Below, in pieces: positions 29,013 through 45,369 of a stretch of DNA of 64,000 nt. The translations under genes were made by a program, and so were the position numbers. The notes under the pieces were generated by a model. That model did not search any database. It saw only the letters and a program-made list of their open reading frames with translations, and had not been told where the DNA came from. The stretch is from the human T2T-CHM13v2.0 reference genome, Homo sapiens. Position 1 is the first letter of the stretch; every line of letters begins with the position of its first letter. The stretch is from assembly GCF_009914755.1 (NCBI RefSeq), contig NC_060930.1, one strand, 5' to 3'.

Positions 29013-32000
29013 AATTGTGTGAGTGTGTGTGTGTGTGTGTATGCACATGCACACATGTGTTTGCTGGATCATGACATAAAACATGCTTCCTATAGTGAGT
29101 TCTGGTTTAAAAAGATCTGAAATACTCATTTAGATCCAGTGATAGGCAGATATGCAGAAGAACTTATACCATTTCCCAAGTTATACTGCCTGGTAAATGT
29201 CACTAATTGATCTCAATTTTTTTTCCTGCTAAACTCAAATGTAACCTCAGAATCCTTCTCAACACAGAGTCTAACAAAATATTAGTTGATTGGATTTGGA
29301 ATGTAAGTTTTTCACTTTTTACTGTCTCTCCTAATTGCATTATTGTTGAAAGAATAAGCAACAATGAGATCTACAATTAAACTGAAAATTTGATATTTGT
29401 CAAACAAGTGATAGGAAAGTGAGAAAAAAATATCAAATTAAGCACCTTAAAGATTCGTAAGAGTTAAATCAGTGTTCTTGTAAGTGGTCAATGTAGGCTT
29501 TACAGATGTCCAGTAAAAGGGTGTAGGGAATCAGAGAAAAAGATGCCGGAGGTTTCAGCTCTGGGAAGACTCACTGCAGAAAGTGGCACTTGGCAAGATT
29601 TATACAGGTGGGCAGGAAGGTAGAGCACTTCAGCAGAGAGGCGGTCTCATGAGGTTCTTCCAGAGTAGCTGTGCTGCATGACCTCAGTCAGCATCACATG
29701 TTCAAAATATTTTGAATTTTCAAACAATTCAAAATTGGAAAAGTATGGTCCTTCAATAGCAAAAATAAAAACAAAGTTGGCTATTATGAAAAATTAGTAC
29801 TATTAAATCAGTCAAAAATTCAGCAGAAATATGTTTAGTTGACATACAAATAGTTCAAAAGAAAAATTAAGAACAGGAAGGTGCTGTTAAAGTAACACAA
29901 AGTGACTTTGACAAGAGTCACCATTTGTGCTTGAGCAATAATGTGTGGTGTTTGAGAAGCAGCCCTTCCTGGCCTCATTCAGACATTATTGGAATAGCTT
30001 CTTACGTTCTGGTCACCTTACTTGAGGACAATTTAAATAATTAGTGAAATGTAAAACAGATAAGCAATTTAAGAGCAAAGTCCTTAAAGAATATGCAAAT
30101 TAGGTTTTAGCCTAATTAGTGGAGTTAATGGGTCAGTAGTCTCAGGGTTAAAGTTTAAAAACCATCAACTATACAGAGTTTCATCAAACAAAGAAGGTAA
30201 CACACTATTATCTATGAATAGAATATTAAGTAAGTTTATTTTGTGGGTGTATGACGTAAAATTGAAATCCTTACAATCATTCATTTTTTTTTTTTTACAT
30301 ATTGGTGCTCTTCTTACTGTGACACTACATTAAAACATGGAATATATTGGAAAAATGAAAAATATTTTTCAAAATAACAGATACTTTTAAGAAGAATAGG
30401 ATAAAATTGCTAACTTGAAACTGCCCAGGGTGGAAAAAAATTACAGAAAACCAAGACAACAAAGTGATACTTACCATGTCCATATTCTTAATAACATTAT
30501 TATTTTAACAGCTGGTAAATATATTCACTTTTCAATGTTAATGCAAGTCATTCATAGACTCTGCTGGTATTACTTCTAGAATTTGTTGAATATGAACAGA
30601 CGAATTTGGTCTTTCCATGAAATACCACACAGAGAGTCTGCAAACATTAATGATACATACAGAAGTTGAACCAAAATGACACTCAGGTGAACAAATCTCA
30701 GAGGTGAAAAGTTATTGAATTTTTGTTTCAATTTTCTTTGTGCTTACTACTGACACATCTATTTCATCTTTAGGTTGAAAAGAAGAGGATTATCTTGCAT
30801 GGCTTTTACTGAAAGAAGGTTATTTGAGAAATTATTTTCAAGAAGCAAGTGAACTTGCAAAGTAGATCAAAGGGAAAATTAAATTTTAGCGTTATGACAC
30901 TGTACTCACTTTAGCTGAAGCATAGAAAGTGTAATGTTCCCTAATATCTGTAAAGCTTTTACTGAATAGTTAGAGCACCTTTTTTGATTACCTTGAGTAA
31001 TCAGAAAGTGCACACATTTGAAACCATTCAATTTTGACATTTTAAGCTTCCTTTATGGGCATTAAGAAGCATAATCACCACAGTGATTAAAAAAAAAATT
31101 CCACCAAAGGTGTTTGATATTCCTGGGTTTCTAAAATTTCCTATTACTAAGAATAAATCATGAATGAAGTAAGATGATAATATTGGATAAGTGCTTTTCT
31201 CAGTACATTGCTATTGCTTGAAATAAAATAAAAATGAAGGTTTATTTATTTATTATATATCTGTGCATCAGCTAGTATTGGGATACTTTTCTGATAAAAA
31301 TATATTTTCAAATGTGTTCATTAAACATCATAAATGTCTTTTCTATCATTTTTGCTATCTGTAACAATTTCTATATTAATAATAGTTATAAAATTATTTA
31401 ATTTTCTCTTTTATACCCACATCTCTCTAAATAACAGCATTTAACCTTTTAAATACTATATTACTCTTTTTAAAAATAAATTGTTTATCTGAAGATTTCA
31501 ATCGTAATGTAGAATAGAGCAATGTAAAAATCATTATAATTATTTTAAAATGTCAGTGACTCAATAAAAATTACAAAGAAGGTAATATAAATGGCATTAT
31601 CATGAAAGTCTCATCTATTGCATGTTCTTTTTCTATAATTACATTTTAGTCACAAATGTCATAACACAAAGATAAAATATAGTATAGGTTAAATTTCTTA
31701 TAATTTAATTTTCTTAATTATTTTCATTATTGTTATATCCTACATGTTAAGTTAAAATATGAGATTCTATAACAGAATTTTAAAATAATAACATGCAATT
31801 TAGAAAACTGAGACAATTAAAATTTCATAATTCTTCCATTTTATCAAACCATTCTGAGGATTTGGTAATACTATTAATTCATATGTAAAAATTTCATAGT
31901 TAAACCTAATGTATATAAAATCTAATCCCTTTTCTTTTTGGCAAAATTATACTTTTTTTTCCAACTGATTATCTAACTCATTTTTCTTTGCATGTAAACA

Positions 32001-32064
32001 TACTTCCAATTCAGACAATATTCCTTATCTTTCTTAATAACACTGTCTCCAAGTCATGGGTTTC

Positions 32065-32215
32065 TAGTCCCAGCTGAGGTGGGAGGATGACTTGAGCCTG
32101 GGAGGTCAAGGCTGCAGTGAGCTACTATTGCACCACTGTACTTCAGCTTGGGTGACAAAGTGAGACCCTGTCTTTCAAAAAAGTAAAGTAAAATAAAATA
32201 AAATAAAATAAAATA
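32065..32215 (+). mobile_element. 5'-truncated AluJ/FRAM monomer
   Basis: ggaggatgacttgagcctgggaggtcaaggctgcagtgagct...gaccctgtct with (TAAAA)n tail. Confidence 0.85.
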
Positions 32216-32346
32216 ACATTTGTACCCACATAGATGGATATTATATTTTAGGACAAAATCATTTATTCAACTAAAATGTAATTCTTGTTAGCTAAACTCT
32301 CAAGTTATTTCTTGAGAGGAGAACATCTTTCAACTTCATGATTGAG

Positions 32347-33907
<1,561 letters not shown>

Positions 33908-34679
33908 TGATTGAGAATCCTAGTTGTCTTTTCCTTTAATTTAAACAAAGGCTAAACACTTCATTTTTAGAGTTCATTTAAGAGATTTGAAGTTCTGATT
34001 ACAATCTCTTGATGTTCTTGGTGTATATATCATATTAATGGTCATTAATCAGTTGAGTTATGTCTGCCACAACAGTAAGTGATTTTTCAATCCACTCCTC
34101 TTCCTCATCAGCAAAGTAACACTTGCAAACTACCTACTTCAAAGGAAAATTCAGATACATAACTGATTTTATTTATAACTAAAATATAACTGACATGAAA
34201 AGATGTTATTATTAACCTTGTTATTTTTTGTTGTTTGCTATTTCTATTCCTGTCATCATTATTTTGAAGCCACTGCAACACTCTCCAATTAAAAAAATTT
34301 ATTTGTACTATAAGAAAATAAAATCAAATTATTTAAATATGCTTTAATAATAGAAAAGATTAGATATTTCAGAGAGCTATCTCCTAGAATATGAATTTCC
34401 CTTGTAGAAATTACAACAAGCATAACTTTCAGTACATTTATAGACTTACAAAAGAGAAAGGAAAGTCTTTAGGGACCAAAAATCAAATTCATTTAAATAA
34501 TAGTAACACTAAAAAAATAAGCTTTTGCAAGTGAGTATGAAAAAAAAATCAAATAGTATAAAAACTGAAGTCTTTGGAACTTGAAATTGTGAATAAAGAA
34601 TATAAAATAACAATATATTTATAAAGTTCTAACTGTAAATCATGCAAATAAAAAACCTATAGTTATGAAATAAAAATAA

Positions 34680-35900
34680 AAAATGATAAAGCAGATATCA
34701 AAACCACTAAATAGAGCTTGCTGAAATGAAAATAGCAAAACCAGTAAAATATATAAAATTCAATAGATTAACCAATCTTGAGATAATACACAGTTTAAGC
34801 GATTACTAACATTGACGAAATTATACCAAATGCAACACAGAGATACAAGGAGACGAAAAATTTGAAAGCAATATTAAGAAATGGAATATGCAATAAGACT
34901 GTTTAACATATTTTCCATAGCAGCCTCCAATGTAGAAAACAGAATTGAGAAAACAAAATATTCTATGGGCTGAGAATCTCTAAAAAATGAGTCAAGAATC
35001 AGAATAAATCTCGTGCAGGATAAATTTGTAATATTTCACTCTAGACAATACAGTAATACAACTGTAAAACAGCAAAGAAAACCTCTAAAAAGGATGGACT
35101 ATGCATGAACTACAGAGACTGACACAGACTTCTTAAAGGCAACAATGGAAGACAAAAAGAAATGTAGTAATAAATTTGAAATTCTGAGAGTAAAACACTG
35201 CCAATCTAAAGTTATATATGCAAAAATGAATCTTGTAAGACAAAGAGCAAGACAAACATTTTCAGGTAAATAAAACTAAATGTCATTTTCTCCAAAGAAA
35301 TTGCTAAAAAAGTATTTCAAGAAGGAATAAATCAAATAAAAATGAAGGTCAGAGCTGAAGGTAGAATGAGCAAAGAAATTCATAAGCACAGTGATACATC
35401 TAATCAGAGACTATATAAAAATAACAACTAAACATGGCTTAGAACACACACACAGCTAAAATACTGAAAATCATAACATTTAGATTCAGCTAACAATAAT
35501 AAAGTATCTTCAATTCTTCTATTGCTCATGGGTGAAATAAAAATACTGATCCGCTTTATCCTATACAAGACCATAGTAAACGTTTTAAAGGTAACTAATA
35601 AAGTATAATATAGAATGTATAACTTTCAAACATATATACAGAAAAATTAAATAGTAAATTTCCATTAATTTAAAAGAAGACAAAACAAGAAAAAATAATA
35701 AAGCAAATTATAGATATCAAAGGATGATGGTGGAATCATCAAAATATATCAATAAACATAAATAAAATAAAGCCTCAAAATATAAGGCAGGAGTTATTAG
35801 ATAAATTTTTTTTAAATTCAGCTTACTGTTCTGAAATTCAAATGTACTGAAAGTTAAAAAAATTTCAGGTCATGACAGGCAATATTAACCAAAATAAAAC
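34680..35900 (+). mobile_element. Ancient L1M ORF1/ORF2-start remnant
   Basis: A-rich strand bias with degenerate L1 motifs (cagacttcttaaaggcaacaatggaagac). Boundaries approximate. Confidence 0.5.
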
Positions 35901-37483
35901 TTGTACGTATGTGTGTGTGTACATACATCTACATGTAAGACAAACTGGACATTGCTTCTGTGATCAGACAGGCTACCTTTCATGTTTCTGCTCCCATTAT
36001 AACCACAAGGGTTGGGAAGGCTCGTCAAACAAAAAGCTAAAGAAAAACAAATATTTCCCAATCCAGTTGTACTTTTTCAAAAATTAAGCCTCTTCCATTT
36101 CTCCAGAGTCTTCCATTAAGCAGAAGTTCCATCTTCTGCTTAACCTTTATTACTTTTCAACACCTTTAAATAAGTTTTCTGTTTAAACAGTTTGTTGTCC
36201 AGTAAAGGTCCAGTTCTGAGGACCTTTACTCTGCCATGATTATCCAAAGTGGCTATGAGAGATTACTTTGTTGGTTAAAGCTCTTTTACATTTTGATGTT
36301 TTTTTTTTTCTTTTGTCATACATAGGCTTTAACTGTTTTTTATAAAATGCATGAATTTACTTCTCTGCCTAATCGGGTGTATGAAAACTGATGACACAGA
36401 CCACATTTTTATTTATGCTTAATTATCATGCAAACTTTAATCTGTTTAATTAATTATTGTGTCTTAAAAAAGTAAGTGAAACTAAATGTATAATTAATAT
36501 TCTGAAGAAAACCATTAAAACACACAGCTTTGAAGGTAAGGAATAAATATATACCACACATATGCCTCTTTAGGGAATATCAACTAAAATTCACAAGAAG
36601 AAATTTAGTGGCTGAAAAATAGATGTATAGTCAACGAGGAGGCTTTTCACAAAGTCAATTCTTCAGTACCATAAGTCAAAAAAACCCCAAACCTGCTGCT
36701 TTATGTCTTCATATCTATGATATATTTATAAAGGCGTATTTGATGCTGTAGAAACAATAAACTAGAACACATATGTTGTGCATCTCTACTGTAAAATGGC
36801 AAAATATGGTAGAGATAACCTGCAAAAGTATAGAAAATATCAAGTACAAATTGATTTCTGAGTATACAAGATAAAGATAAAAAATGATATACAAAATGAA
36901 TTTCATATGTTAAAAAATGCCAAGCATTGACTGTATGTAGAAATGGAGCTTCACAAATTAAAAAGCAGAAAAGGTAACATATTCCTGATTAAAACACCAC
37001 ACAATTTTACTGTTGGATGAATCACAAAAGTTCTCATTAAGGAAGAAATAATGCTTGCATTCAGGGTCAGTTAAGCAAATAAAATGCAGATTTGCAGCTG
37101 GATATAACCTGCCTCAGTACGGTATTTTTAAAAAGTACCAAGTGCTTAGGGTTTTGTCACATGAGAGGAATTTTTTTTTAAACCTAAACAAAAGACTCTT
37201 TTTTCCTAGTCATGTGACAGTCAGTAATTTATGTTATATGTTTTATTCTAATGTCCTTATGAAAATGAGGACAGTAATAGTAAATGTCTCATTGAAATTT
37301 TGTGAGGAATAAAATATATATGTACATAACTTTTAGAATAATGCTCAATAGTTAACTATGATGGCTATGATTATCCTTATTACAAGTCTACAGATTTGAA
37401 GTATAATCAATACAGGATTCCACTCCTAAGTGGTGTATATACAAGCTAATTTTGGGGATGGAATTATCAAACAGTGATCCCCT

Positions 37484-39660
37484 TGATATGATTTGGCTCT
37501 GTGTCCCCATGCACATCTCATCTTTTAGCTCCCATAATTCCCATGTGTTGTGGGAGGAACCCCATGGGAGATGATTGAACTATGGGGGTGGGTCTTTCCC
37601 ATGCTGTTCTCATGATATTGAATGGGCCTCACAAGATCTGGTGGTTTTAAAAAGAGAAGTTGCTCTGCACAAGTTCTCTCTTTGCCTGCTGCCATCTGTG
37701 TAAGATGTGACTTGCTCCTCCTTGCCTTCCAACATGATTGTGAGGCCTCCCCAGCCACGTGGAACTGTAAGTCCAATAAACTTCTTTTTTTTGTAAATTG
37801 CCCAGTCTCAGGTATGTCTTTATCAGTAGTGTGAAAACGGGCTAATAGAGTAAATTGGTGCCAGTAGAGTGGGGTACAGCTGAAAAGATACCTGAAAATG
37901 TGGAAGTGACTTTGGAAATGGGTAACAGGCAGAGGTTGGAACAGGTTGAAGGGTTCAGAGGAAGAAAGGAAAATGTGGGAGAGTTTGGAACTCCCTAGAG
38001 ACTTGTTGAATGGCTTTGACCAAAATGCCGATAAAAATATGGACAATGAAATCCAGTCTGAGGTGGTCTCAGATGGAGATGAGGAACTTGTTGGGAACTG
38101 GAGTAAAGGTGACTCTCGTTATGTTTTTAGCAAAGAGACTGGTGGCATTTTGCCCCTGCCCTAGAGATTTGTGGAACTTTGAACTTGAGAGAAATGATTT
38201 AGGGTATCAGTTGGAAGAAATTTCTAATCAGCAAAGCATTCAAGAGGTGAGTTGGGTACTGTTAAAGGCATTCAATTTCAAAAGAGAAACAGAGCATAAA
38301 AGTTTGGAATAGTTGGAGCTTGACAATGTGATAGAAAAGAAAATCCCATTTTCTGAGGAGAAATCCAAGCCCACTGCAGAAATTGCATAAGTAATGAGGA
38401 GCCGAATGTTAATCACCAAGACAATGAGGAAAATGTCTCCAGGGCATGTCTGAGATCTTCATGGCAGCCGCTCCCATCACAGGCCCAGAGGCCTAGGAGG
38501 AAAAGTGGTTTTGTGGGCCAGGCCCAGGGTCCCCAAGCTGTGTGCAGTCAAGAGACTTGTTGCCCTGTGTCCCTGCCACTCCAGCTGTGGCTGAAAGGGG
38601 TCAAAGTAGAGCTCAGGTCATGGCTTCAAAAGGTGCAACCCTCAAGCCTTGGCAGCTTCCATGTGGTGTTGGGCCTGCAAGTGCACGGAAGTCAAGGAAT
38701 GAGATTTGGAAACCTCCACCAACATTTCAGGAGATGTATGAAAATGCAGGATATCCAGGCAGGAGTTTGCTGTAGGGGCAGGGTCCTCATGTAGAAGCTC
38801 TGCTAGGGCACTGCAGAAGGGAAGCGTGGGGTTGGAGCCCCCATACAGAGTCCTCACTGGGGTACTGCCTAGTGGAGCTATGAGAACAGGGCCACCGTCC
38901 TCCAGATCCCAGAATGGTAGGTCCATTGACAGCTTGTACCATGAGCCTGGAAAAGTGGTAGACACTCAATGCCAGCCCATGAAGGCAGCCTGGAGGGAGG
39001 TTGTACCCTGCAAAGCCACAAGGACGGAGCTGACCAAGACTACAGGAACCTATCTCTTGCAACAGCGTGACCTGGATGTGAGACATGGAGTGAGTCAAAG
39101 GAAATCATTTTGGAGCTTAAAGATTTGACTACCCTGCTGGATTTTAGACTTGCATGAAGCCTGTAGCACCTTTGTTTTGGCCAATTTCTCCCATTTGGAA
39201 TGCCTGCTCCCCCATTGTATCTATTAAGTAACTAACTTGCTTTTGATTTTACAGGCTCATAGGTGGAAGGGACTTGCCTTGTCTTGGATGAGACTTTGGA
39301 CTGTGGACTTTTGAGTTAATGCTGAAAAGAGTTGAGACTTTGGGGGACTGTTGGGAAGGCATGATTGGTTTTGAAATGTGAGGACATGAGATTTGGAAGG
39401 GACCAGGGGTGGAATAATATGGTCTAGCTCTGTGTCCCCACCCAAATCTCATCTTACAGCTCCCATAATTGCGATGTGTTGTGGGAGGGACCCAGTGGGA
39501 GATGACTGAATTATGGGAGTGGGTCTTTCCCAGGCTGTTCTTGTGATAATAAATGGGTCTGATGGTTTTAAAAATGGGAGTTGCCATGCACAAACTCTCT
39601 TTGCCTGCTGCCATCCACATAAGATGTGATTTGCTCCTCCTTGCCTTCCACCACGATTGT
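37484..39660 (+). mobile_element. THE1A MaLR provirus: 5'LTR 37484-37849, internal 37850-39414, truncated 3'LTR 39415-39660
   Basis: THE1A-type LTR (tttggctctgtgtcccc...gtaagtccaataaa...gtgaaaacgggctaata), gtaaattggt internal start and a homologous second LTR. The ORFs here are THE1-int remnants. Confidence 0.93.
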
Positions 39661-40944
39661 AATAGTTTAAAAAAACCTCATCTGTTAAATATTTTAATGA
39701 AACCTGCTTTTTTAAACTGTTAATTACCCAATTCCTATCCAAAATGTTTACTTTTTAAAAATTCACCTTTCTAAAAATAATAAAGAAAAACCTATCAGCA
39801 AATAAAATTAGGGCCCAAACATTCCACCTCCTGTATTAAAAAAATAAACATTTGTCCCTCTTATTTCAGAGATTTTACTTTAAAGTGTTTTGTTTTGTTT
39901 TTTATTCCTGCACAGATCTTCACTTTGTGGTTTCTAATGAAGAGGTTATTATTAAATAATAGTGAGGCTTATAATGTCAGGAACATTTTGATGACTTATA
40001 TATATGTCTAAAAACGTACAAACAGGTTGGTGTGAAAGAAATTATTAGAATTCATCTTAAGGTTTTGCCTTCCATTCAGAATTACACATGCTAAAACTCA
40101 AGGAGCACCTAGAATTTGGAATGAATGAGGTAGAAATGAGTTCTATCATTTCTCTGATAGTGTTGACAAAACCTGTCATGAAAAAGTCAAGTAAAAGTAT
40201 TTACAAATGTAAATTCTACTGTGAATCAACACTAGAAAGCAATAACACATTGCACACGAAAATAAAAACCGAAAGTAAACAATGATGTAGAAATGTGAAA
40301 AATATTCACATTACAATGAATGAAATATGGCAATACAGGTAAATTCCATAACTCAATACTGCCTAAATAACATGATTTGTGGAAAATCATTTCATTAATA
40401 GTACTAGGACAATATTTGTCTCCTTTGAAAAACTAGTATGTTTTCTCCATATTAACCTCAAGATTTATGTCAAATGCATTAGACGGTATCTACTTTCACA
40501 CCGGGATCAATGACAGTGATACCATTAATACTCTTGGCTAGCCCATTTGCTCCTTCCTTATTTCTAAGGTCTTGATTTCTTATTTTTATTGGTAGTTTTT
40601 TTATGATTTTTGTGACTAATTTTGGTAACAGACCTCTGAAAGCATTTGTAGGAATTCTTGACACATACTAAGTGCTCAATGTAAGCTATGTATCATTATT
40701 ACTATTTTAGTTTTTCATTCACGTTCACTTTATTATAAATTTTCTCAAATGTACTATAGGAAAACAAGTTCAACAAACAGGTTAAAGGTGTTAAAACTGT
40801 TTTTTAAGAGTAGCACAGATTTTAAGTGACTTAGGAACAGATTTAGGGGCATATTTACATACACAAGAAAAAAGTGGTAGGGTTATTTACACAAAGTAAG
40901 CAAATAAAAAATGACATCTTACAAATGTTTCTTGATTTGAACCC

Positions 40945-41860
40945 AGGTACTGACTTCTCCCCAGATCTTTACTCATATAACAATCCCCTTCTTGACGAGT
41001 CCATGTGGAAGTCAGCAAGACAGCTAAAACTAAACTTTACCAGTACAAACCTACCTGACAGCAATTGTTCATGTTTCCTCCAGAGTCCAAGAGTAATCTT
41101 GATTATTCACTCTTCCTCATTAACTATACCTCAGCTATCAGTAAGTCCTGCAGATTCTGATCTCAAAACACATTCCAAAATCATGCACTTCTCTCTTTTT
41201 TAGAGTTCTAGGCTTCTAGTCCAAGTCACTAGCATATCTTGCTTGTCCACTGTAGCAATTTCCTAACAAGTTACCCTGTATCCACTCTTACTCATCCACA
41301 ATCCTTTTCCACTAAACAGGAGAAAGCTGTGTTTTTAAAATATAAATAGAATTCACTTCAAGTCCTTTCTATTTCACTTGGAGTAAAATCCAAACGCTTC
41401 TTTCTGGCTTAAACGGCCTATTTTATCTAGATACCACTGACCTCATCTTGTGACACTTTTCTACTTATCCTTTATATTCAAGGAAACTTAGTTAAAGTCC
41501 TCCAAACACACCAAGCAAGTGCCTTCCTTTTGGTCTTTGCATTCACTCTTCCCACCACCTAGAGTGCACTTCTGACCCTCACATGGCTGGCTTTTTGTGA
41601 TTCAGCTTAGTACCTCAGCTTCATTGCCACTATCTCAGAGAGGTCTTTCTTGACTACTCTAACTACATCAGCCAACCAGGCATTCCTATCACACGGAAGC
41701 ATTTTAGTAACATACATAGCACTACTCACAACCTGAGGCATTTTCCTGTTTGCTTGCTTATCTATTTTCTTTCACTTCCACTGTACTCCCAAAGAAAATT
41801 TAAGTTTAGTGAAAGCAGAGATGTTTGTCTTGTTCAGGCAATATCTCCAGCAACTAGGAA
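40945..41860 (+). mobile_element. L2a 3' region
   Basis: cacttggagtaaaatccaaa, ctcagagaggtctttcttgactactct, gcagagatgtttgtcttgttc...atctccagcaactagga. Confidence 0.75.
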
Positions 41861-44800
41861 ATGAACATATGGTGTTGTGGAAGAAGGACTGGGAACTGCA
41901 GTGACACTGAGAGGAGGATCACGTCATGCATTGTGCTCCTAGAAATTGAATAGCTTCTTCACTGTAAAAATATAGTCTGGTTGCAAAATTAAAAGGAGGA
42001 CTTTGATTTCTTTGGAATTCAAATGAGATCCTATGGAGCCCATGTTAATTGACAAGATTTCTAAGAAACTTTAATCAGTTGGAAAGTTATGAGCATTTTA
42101 TTCATACTTCTAGATAGCAGTATGGAAAGCTATAAGGCACAAACCAAAGCTAGAAAATATGATGTGTACCTAGTTATAAACATGAATAGAATTTATTGAA
42201 AAATTATTCCTAAATTTGAGTCCATTTGAAAAATAATAAATGATAAGGTACTTAAATTATTTCAAATAGACCTTAAATGTATCAATTAAAATTTACTGAT
42301 ATAAGTTGATCAAACTGAAATGGAAACAAAATTTTATTTTACATCTTCAACATTTTGGCCTCTTTCATTTAAAATAATAGAATTTTATTATTTGATAATA
42401 ATTTTAGCAAAATTTTAATAATTATAATATCAAAAATGTGTTTAGTACAATGTAAAATCATAGCAAAATCAATTTTATTTAAATTACTATTATTACATTA
42501 TTATTATAAAAATGAGGCAAGTTGAGGATTATTATGAACTAACACTCAGTCAGACACTGTTCTATGTGCTTTTGGAAACGCTATGTTAGCCATGCCTTTA
42601 CAGGCATCCGTCCTTACAGTAACTCAGTGAGGTTACTGCTATCCTTTGGCAGTGCGTTGCCTCACACCAGACACCATTCCCACAGTATCACCATTAATGT
42701 TAATACCTCTGTGTTTCTGGAACCCGATGACATAAACACTTCAGTAAAGATCACTGATGTGGCAAATCGCAGAACGGTTTAAATAGCAGAATTAAGTCAA
42801 AGAGGTGCTAGCAACCACAGGAAGGAAAGAGATGTTCCCTGCTCCACAGTTCTGTACCATGTTTGTTTCCTAGGTTACAAAGCAGTTATGTGTGACGAGA
42901 GTGTCACTACAGAGTTTTGATTGACAGGTCTGAAAACTAAGTGGATTGTTGCAGAGAGTATGAATGACACTGATTAATATTTCTAAGAAAATATTGTTAA
43001 AACATGAGATTAAATGTGTGGTGTATGTACTAATTGCAAACATATTTTAATAAAATTAGTTATTCTCCATCTAATTCTTAGGTGGTATATCTACTCTCAA
43101 TGAGTTCTTCTAAATTTTTTCAGTCTACAATATATTAGTTTCAAATGTCTTTGATAAGAATCAATTACATTTAAATTTTCTTTCTTATAGTTTCTCATAA
43201 ATAAAGGATAAATGTTCTGGAAGATCTTGCTTTATGTCCTCTTAGGGATAAAAAAGTGTTTTCTTTCTGGTTTTTAAAACCCAATCTTTTGATTGAGGAT
43301 TTAGTTTATCAAAGGACTCCCACAATTTGTCAAAATGCTGGTTCAAAATTGTTTATGAATAAGTAAGTAACAGGTAAGTTTCCTGAAAGTATAAACATAA
43401 CAAATTGCTGTCTCTGATTTCTTTTGAACACTGTATGACCCTACTGGCTAGCTACAGTACAAGTGTCAGAATAAATGACAAAAAATAATTCAATTCATAT
43501 AGTAATGAAAGACCTAAAATTATTATTTAAGCAACATGAAATCCAAATAATTTTACTAACAAAATAAAGATTAACTGAATAATTTCTCTTAAATAATATT
43601 CAACACTTAATTTAGATTCTAGAGTTATATCTTTCCTAAATGGAACATCCTGTATCTTACTTCTGTCTAGTCATACAGCACATGAAATATTTTCATGGGA
43701 ATGTTACTATTTTTGACAACTTGTCATATATTTGATAAATTACATTACATAAGAAAATAATTACATGATATAAGAAAATAATAAGAATGTGGTTTCGTTT
43801 AGGAAGATTCTTAATACACAAAGATATATCTGCAAATATATTTTCCTAGCTTTGGTTTTCTTATGTGGATTTTTTTACCTTGGCAAACCATACGTGGAAG
43901 GTATTCAAGGAAAGGCTAGAAACATTTATGAGGACAAATCATAATCAGTAATTGAGATTAGGGCTGGTTGTCTGAATGTTAATGCAACAAGGGACACATT
44001 GAAAAGTAATTGTTATCTCTTTTTTCACCTTTGAAATTTACATAATTGAATCATCATTATATCACTGGTTCAATGATATTTTAAGGTAGTATACTTATAG
44101 ATTAATACACACATAAAGTACATATGACATAACAGAGTTAGAGGAATTTTCTATTTATACAATTTGATTTTTACAGATAAAGACACTGAAGTCTAATAAT
44201 GTTAAAAGTTTTATTAAAGTTCATATTGTTTGAAAGAGCTAGAGCCCAGCCCAGAACCCATGTCCTGCTGCTCTTGGCTTTATAAGATGTAAGGGAAAAG
44301 TGGTGGAGATGCAGGTGCATGCTTTCTGACTGCTGCAGTATTTTCACACCCTGCCACTCTTTACCTTAGGCAGTACTATGTAGTCTATATTCCTCTAGTA
44401 AAAACATCTTAACCAAAAATGGTCTAGTTCATGATCAGCCCTCCATCTAAAAGTCCCCTGATCCTTCTTTTAGCACACTGACAATTTCCAAAGCTCCAGA
44501 CAAAAACCGAAAAGCTTTGTTTCTACTCACTAACTCCACCTCTAGTTTTATGGTTAGATACTCAGAGATACACAAAGCAGTCTGCAGAGATGGCAAAAAC
44601 AACAGTTCCATATAGATATAAAATGTTTGAAAAGATAAAGGGTTTACATTTTCCAGTCCTACTGATGAAAGCCAGAATTATTATCCACAGATCAGAAAAT
44701 TAGATGGATTTCATGTTATTTCTGCATTTCTCTTAGGAAAGTACAATTAGCATTCCCTCTTGAATCACAAAGGTTAAATTGTTTGAAGATTTTCCTTCCT

Positions 44801-45369
44801 GCTCTGATAATTTCAATAATTTTATTCCAGTGTCAGCAAAGAGAGATGGTGCCATTTATACTTATAGTCATTAGCCTTCCTTCTGAACCCTCAAGCTTGT
44901 TCATCCAGGTTTAGACTTTCAAGTATGTTTCTAAATCAATCATTAATTAGACCCAGAAAAAAAGAACACAAATTATGAAAACTAAAGAGTCCTTCTCAAA
45001 AAGGCTCTTTCCTTTTTCTTTCACTTTTTTTCCCATGGATATTTTAGTTTCTAGTGGTTCTATAAGCTTATACTTGGGAATTTCACCTTTAGACCCCAGG
45101 ATATATTTAATAGTAGAATGAGGTAGGATCCAAATAAACCAATCTCAAAAGTTTCATCACATGTAATAATTTTTAGAAATAATTTGTGAGACTGAATTGC
45201 TTGTATCCTTATCTAGTACAGAAAATTTACTTCTAGTCATACTAGCAGAAATACAAGAACATTCAGTATATAAATGACTATACAATAAGTGTTCCGAAAA
45301 TACTTGATAACTGTTGACTTTGATAAAAGTTTAGTAAAATATTTGGGTGAGAAGGAAATAAGGAAACAT

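Noticed and set aside
29701-29716. Perfect 16-bp palindrome ttcaaaatattttgaa
   Set aside because: An isolated AT-rich palindrome of this size is expected by chance in 64 kb.
37525-39742. Dense cluster of overlapping ORFs up to 173 aa
   Set aside because: All lie within the THE1A provirus and are typical broken MaLR LTR/internal frames.
40479-40664. Protein-looking 61-aa ORF (MSRIPTNAFRG...)
   Set aside because: GTG start, no convincing flanking splice sites and no recognised family; probably chance.
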